Below, piece after piece: positions 34,617 to 35,067 of a stretch of 35,067 bases of DNA. The stretch lies in assembly GCA_964519445.1 (NCBI GenBank), contig CAZFIH010000004.1, positions 1 through 35,067 of the forward strand, written 5' to 3'. The translations under genes and the position numbers were made by a program. The notes under the pieces are model-generated. The model searched no databases. It was not told the DNA's origin and worked only from the letters and a program-made list of their open reading frames with translations. This stretch comes from an uncultured Bdellovibrionales bacterium. GTDB taxonomy: Bacteria; Patescibacteriota; Minisyncoccia; Moranbacterales; UBA11712. Every line of letters starts with the position of its first letter. Positions within the stretch are counted from its first letter, which is position 1.

Positions 34617-34928
34617 TCAGTCTTTGATTATTTGATTGAATAAAGCCTTGTATTGCTTCAGGACTTTTTGATTGACGCTGTAAATAATGAAGGCGCTTTC
34701 TTTTCTTTTTTCAAGCAAGGATAGTTTTTCCAATTTAGATAAATGGTGGGAAACCAAATTCTGCGGCAACTCCAACACTCCGAAGATTTCACAAACGCAA
34801 AGCTCCTTCTTCGTCAGAAGGCACAAAATCCTCAAACGATTGGTGTCCGAGATTGTTTTCAGAAATTCCTTTAGCTCAAGGATTCCTCGCATCCCACCGG
34901 AACCTTTCCCACAGCAATATTTGGCCAT
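34617..34928 (-). CDS. arsR: ArsR/SmtB family transcriptional repressor
   Basis: SDTNRLRIL, ELCVCEI, QNLVSHHLSKL helix-turn-helix, and an N-terminal CC pair. Confidence 0.92.
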   Translation of the reverse strand: MAKYCCGKGSGGMRGILELKEFLKTISDTNRLRILCLLTKKELCVCEIFGVLELPQNLVSHHLSKLEKLSLLEKRKESAFIIYSVNQKVLKQYKALFNQIIKD

Positions 34929-34934
34929 AATGAA

Positions 34935-34963
34935 ATAATATCAACGCTCATTGATATCGTCAA
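34935..34963 (-). promoter_or_regulatory. Sigma70 promoter with overlapping ArsR-type operator
   Basis: TTGACG-17nt-TATTAT (TG-extended), 6 nt before the ATG. Perfect 7-6-7 inverted repeat ATATCAA-N6-TTGATAT at 34938-34957. Confidence 0.85.
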
Positions 34964-34967
34964 GCAA

Positions 34968-35032
34968 AGCGGACTCCGAAAATCTCCCTCAAAATGAAAT
35001 GTTTCCAGTGAGATAACACCCCGTAAAGTCGC
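34968..35032. repeat. Structured intergenic repeat, copy D (may extend beyond the window)
   Basis: AGCGGACTCCGAAAATCTCCCTCAAAA, plus TGTTTC…ATAACACCCCGTAAAGTCGC similar to 17766-17797. Confidence 0.75.
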
Positions 35033-35067
35033 TACGCTCCCACGGGGCAAGCAAAGAGCACCAAATG

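Noticed and set aside
1-35067. Stop-codon reassignment or selenocysteine in the redox genes
   Set aside because: Recognisable proteins are full length under code 11 and several end at TGA at the expected position. The CxxC motifs are ordinary Cys.

Overview
A 35-kb bacterial window with almost all genes on the minus strand. The gene content, several leaderless-looking promoters and hairpin-rich intergenic spacers suggest a Patescibacteria/CPR (Parcubacteria-like) genome, but this is inference. The left half is a string of small independent modules: SHOCT protein, CopB-type P1B ATPase, holin-like protein, PQQ sugar dehydrogenase, M50 and PrsW proteases, a lysyl-oxidase-like protein, M23 peptidase, MNT-HEPN toxin-antitoxin pair, a peptidoglycan-binding surface protein, an ECF sigma/anti-sigma/MacAB-like operon, a CPA2 antiporter, an AI-2E transporter and an HATPase/STAS-like pair. 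The right third (22160-34928) is one tightly packed 22-gene ArsR-headed operon with a clear promoter and operator. In it, organoarsenical-resistance-type genes (thioredoxin-like, arsF-like, arsG-like, arsP-like) are interrupted by a lipoylation set (GcvH-like carrier, LipA, split LplAB), a sulfur relay (YeeE, TusA, DsrE/F/H) and many CxxC redox proteins. No lipoate-dependent dehydrogenase, glycine cleavage enzyme or sHdr gene is in the window. This operon is the best candidate for an undescribed system. Non-coding signals include covarying inverted repeats enclosing start codons, a structured repeat family at module boundaries, a 33-bp direct repeat, and an orphan duplicate of the macB 3' end.
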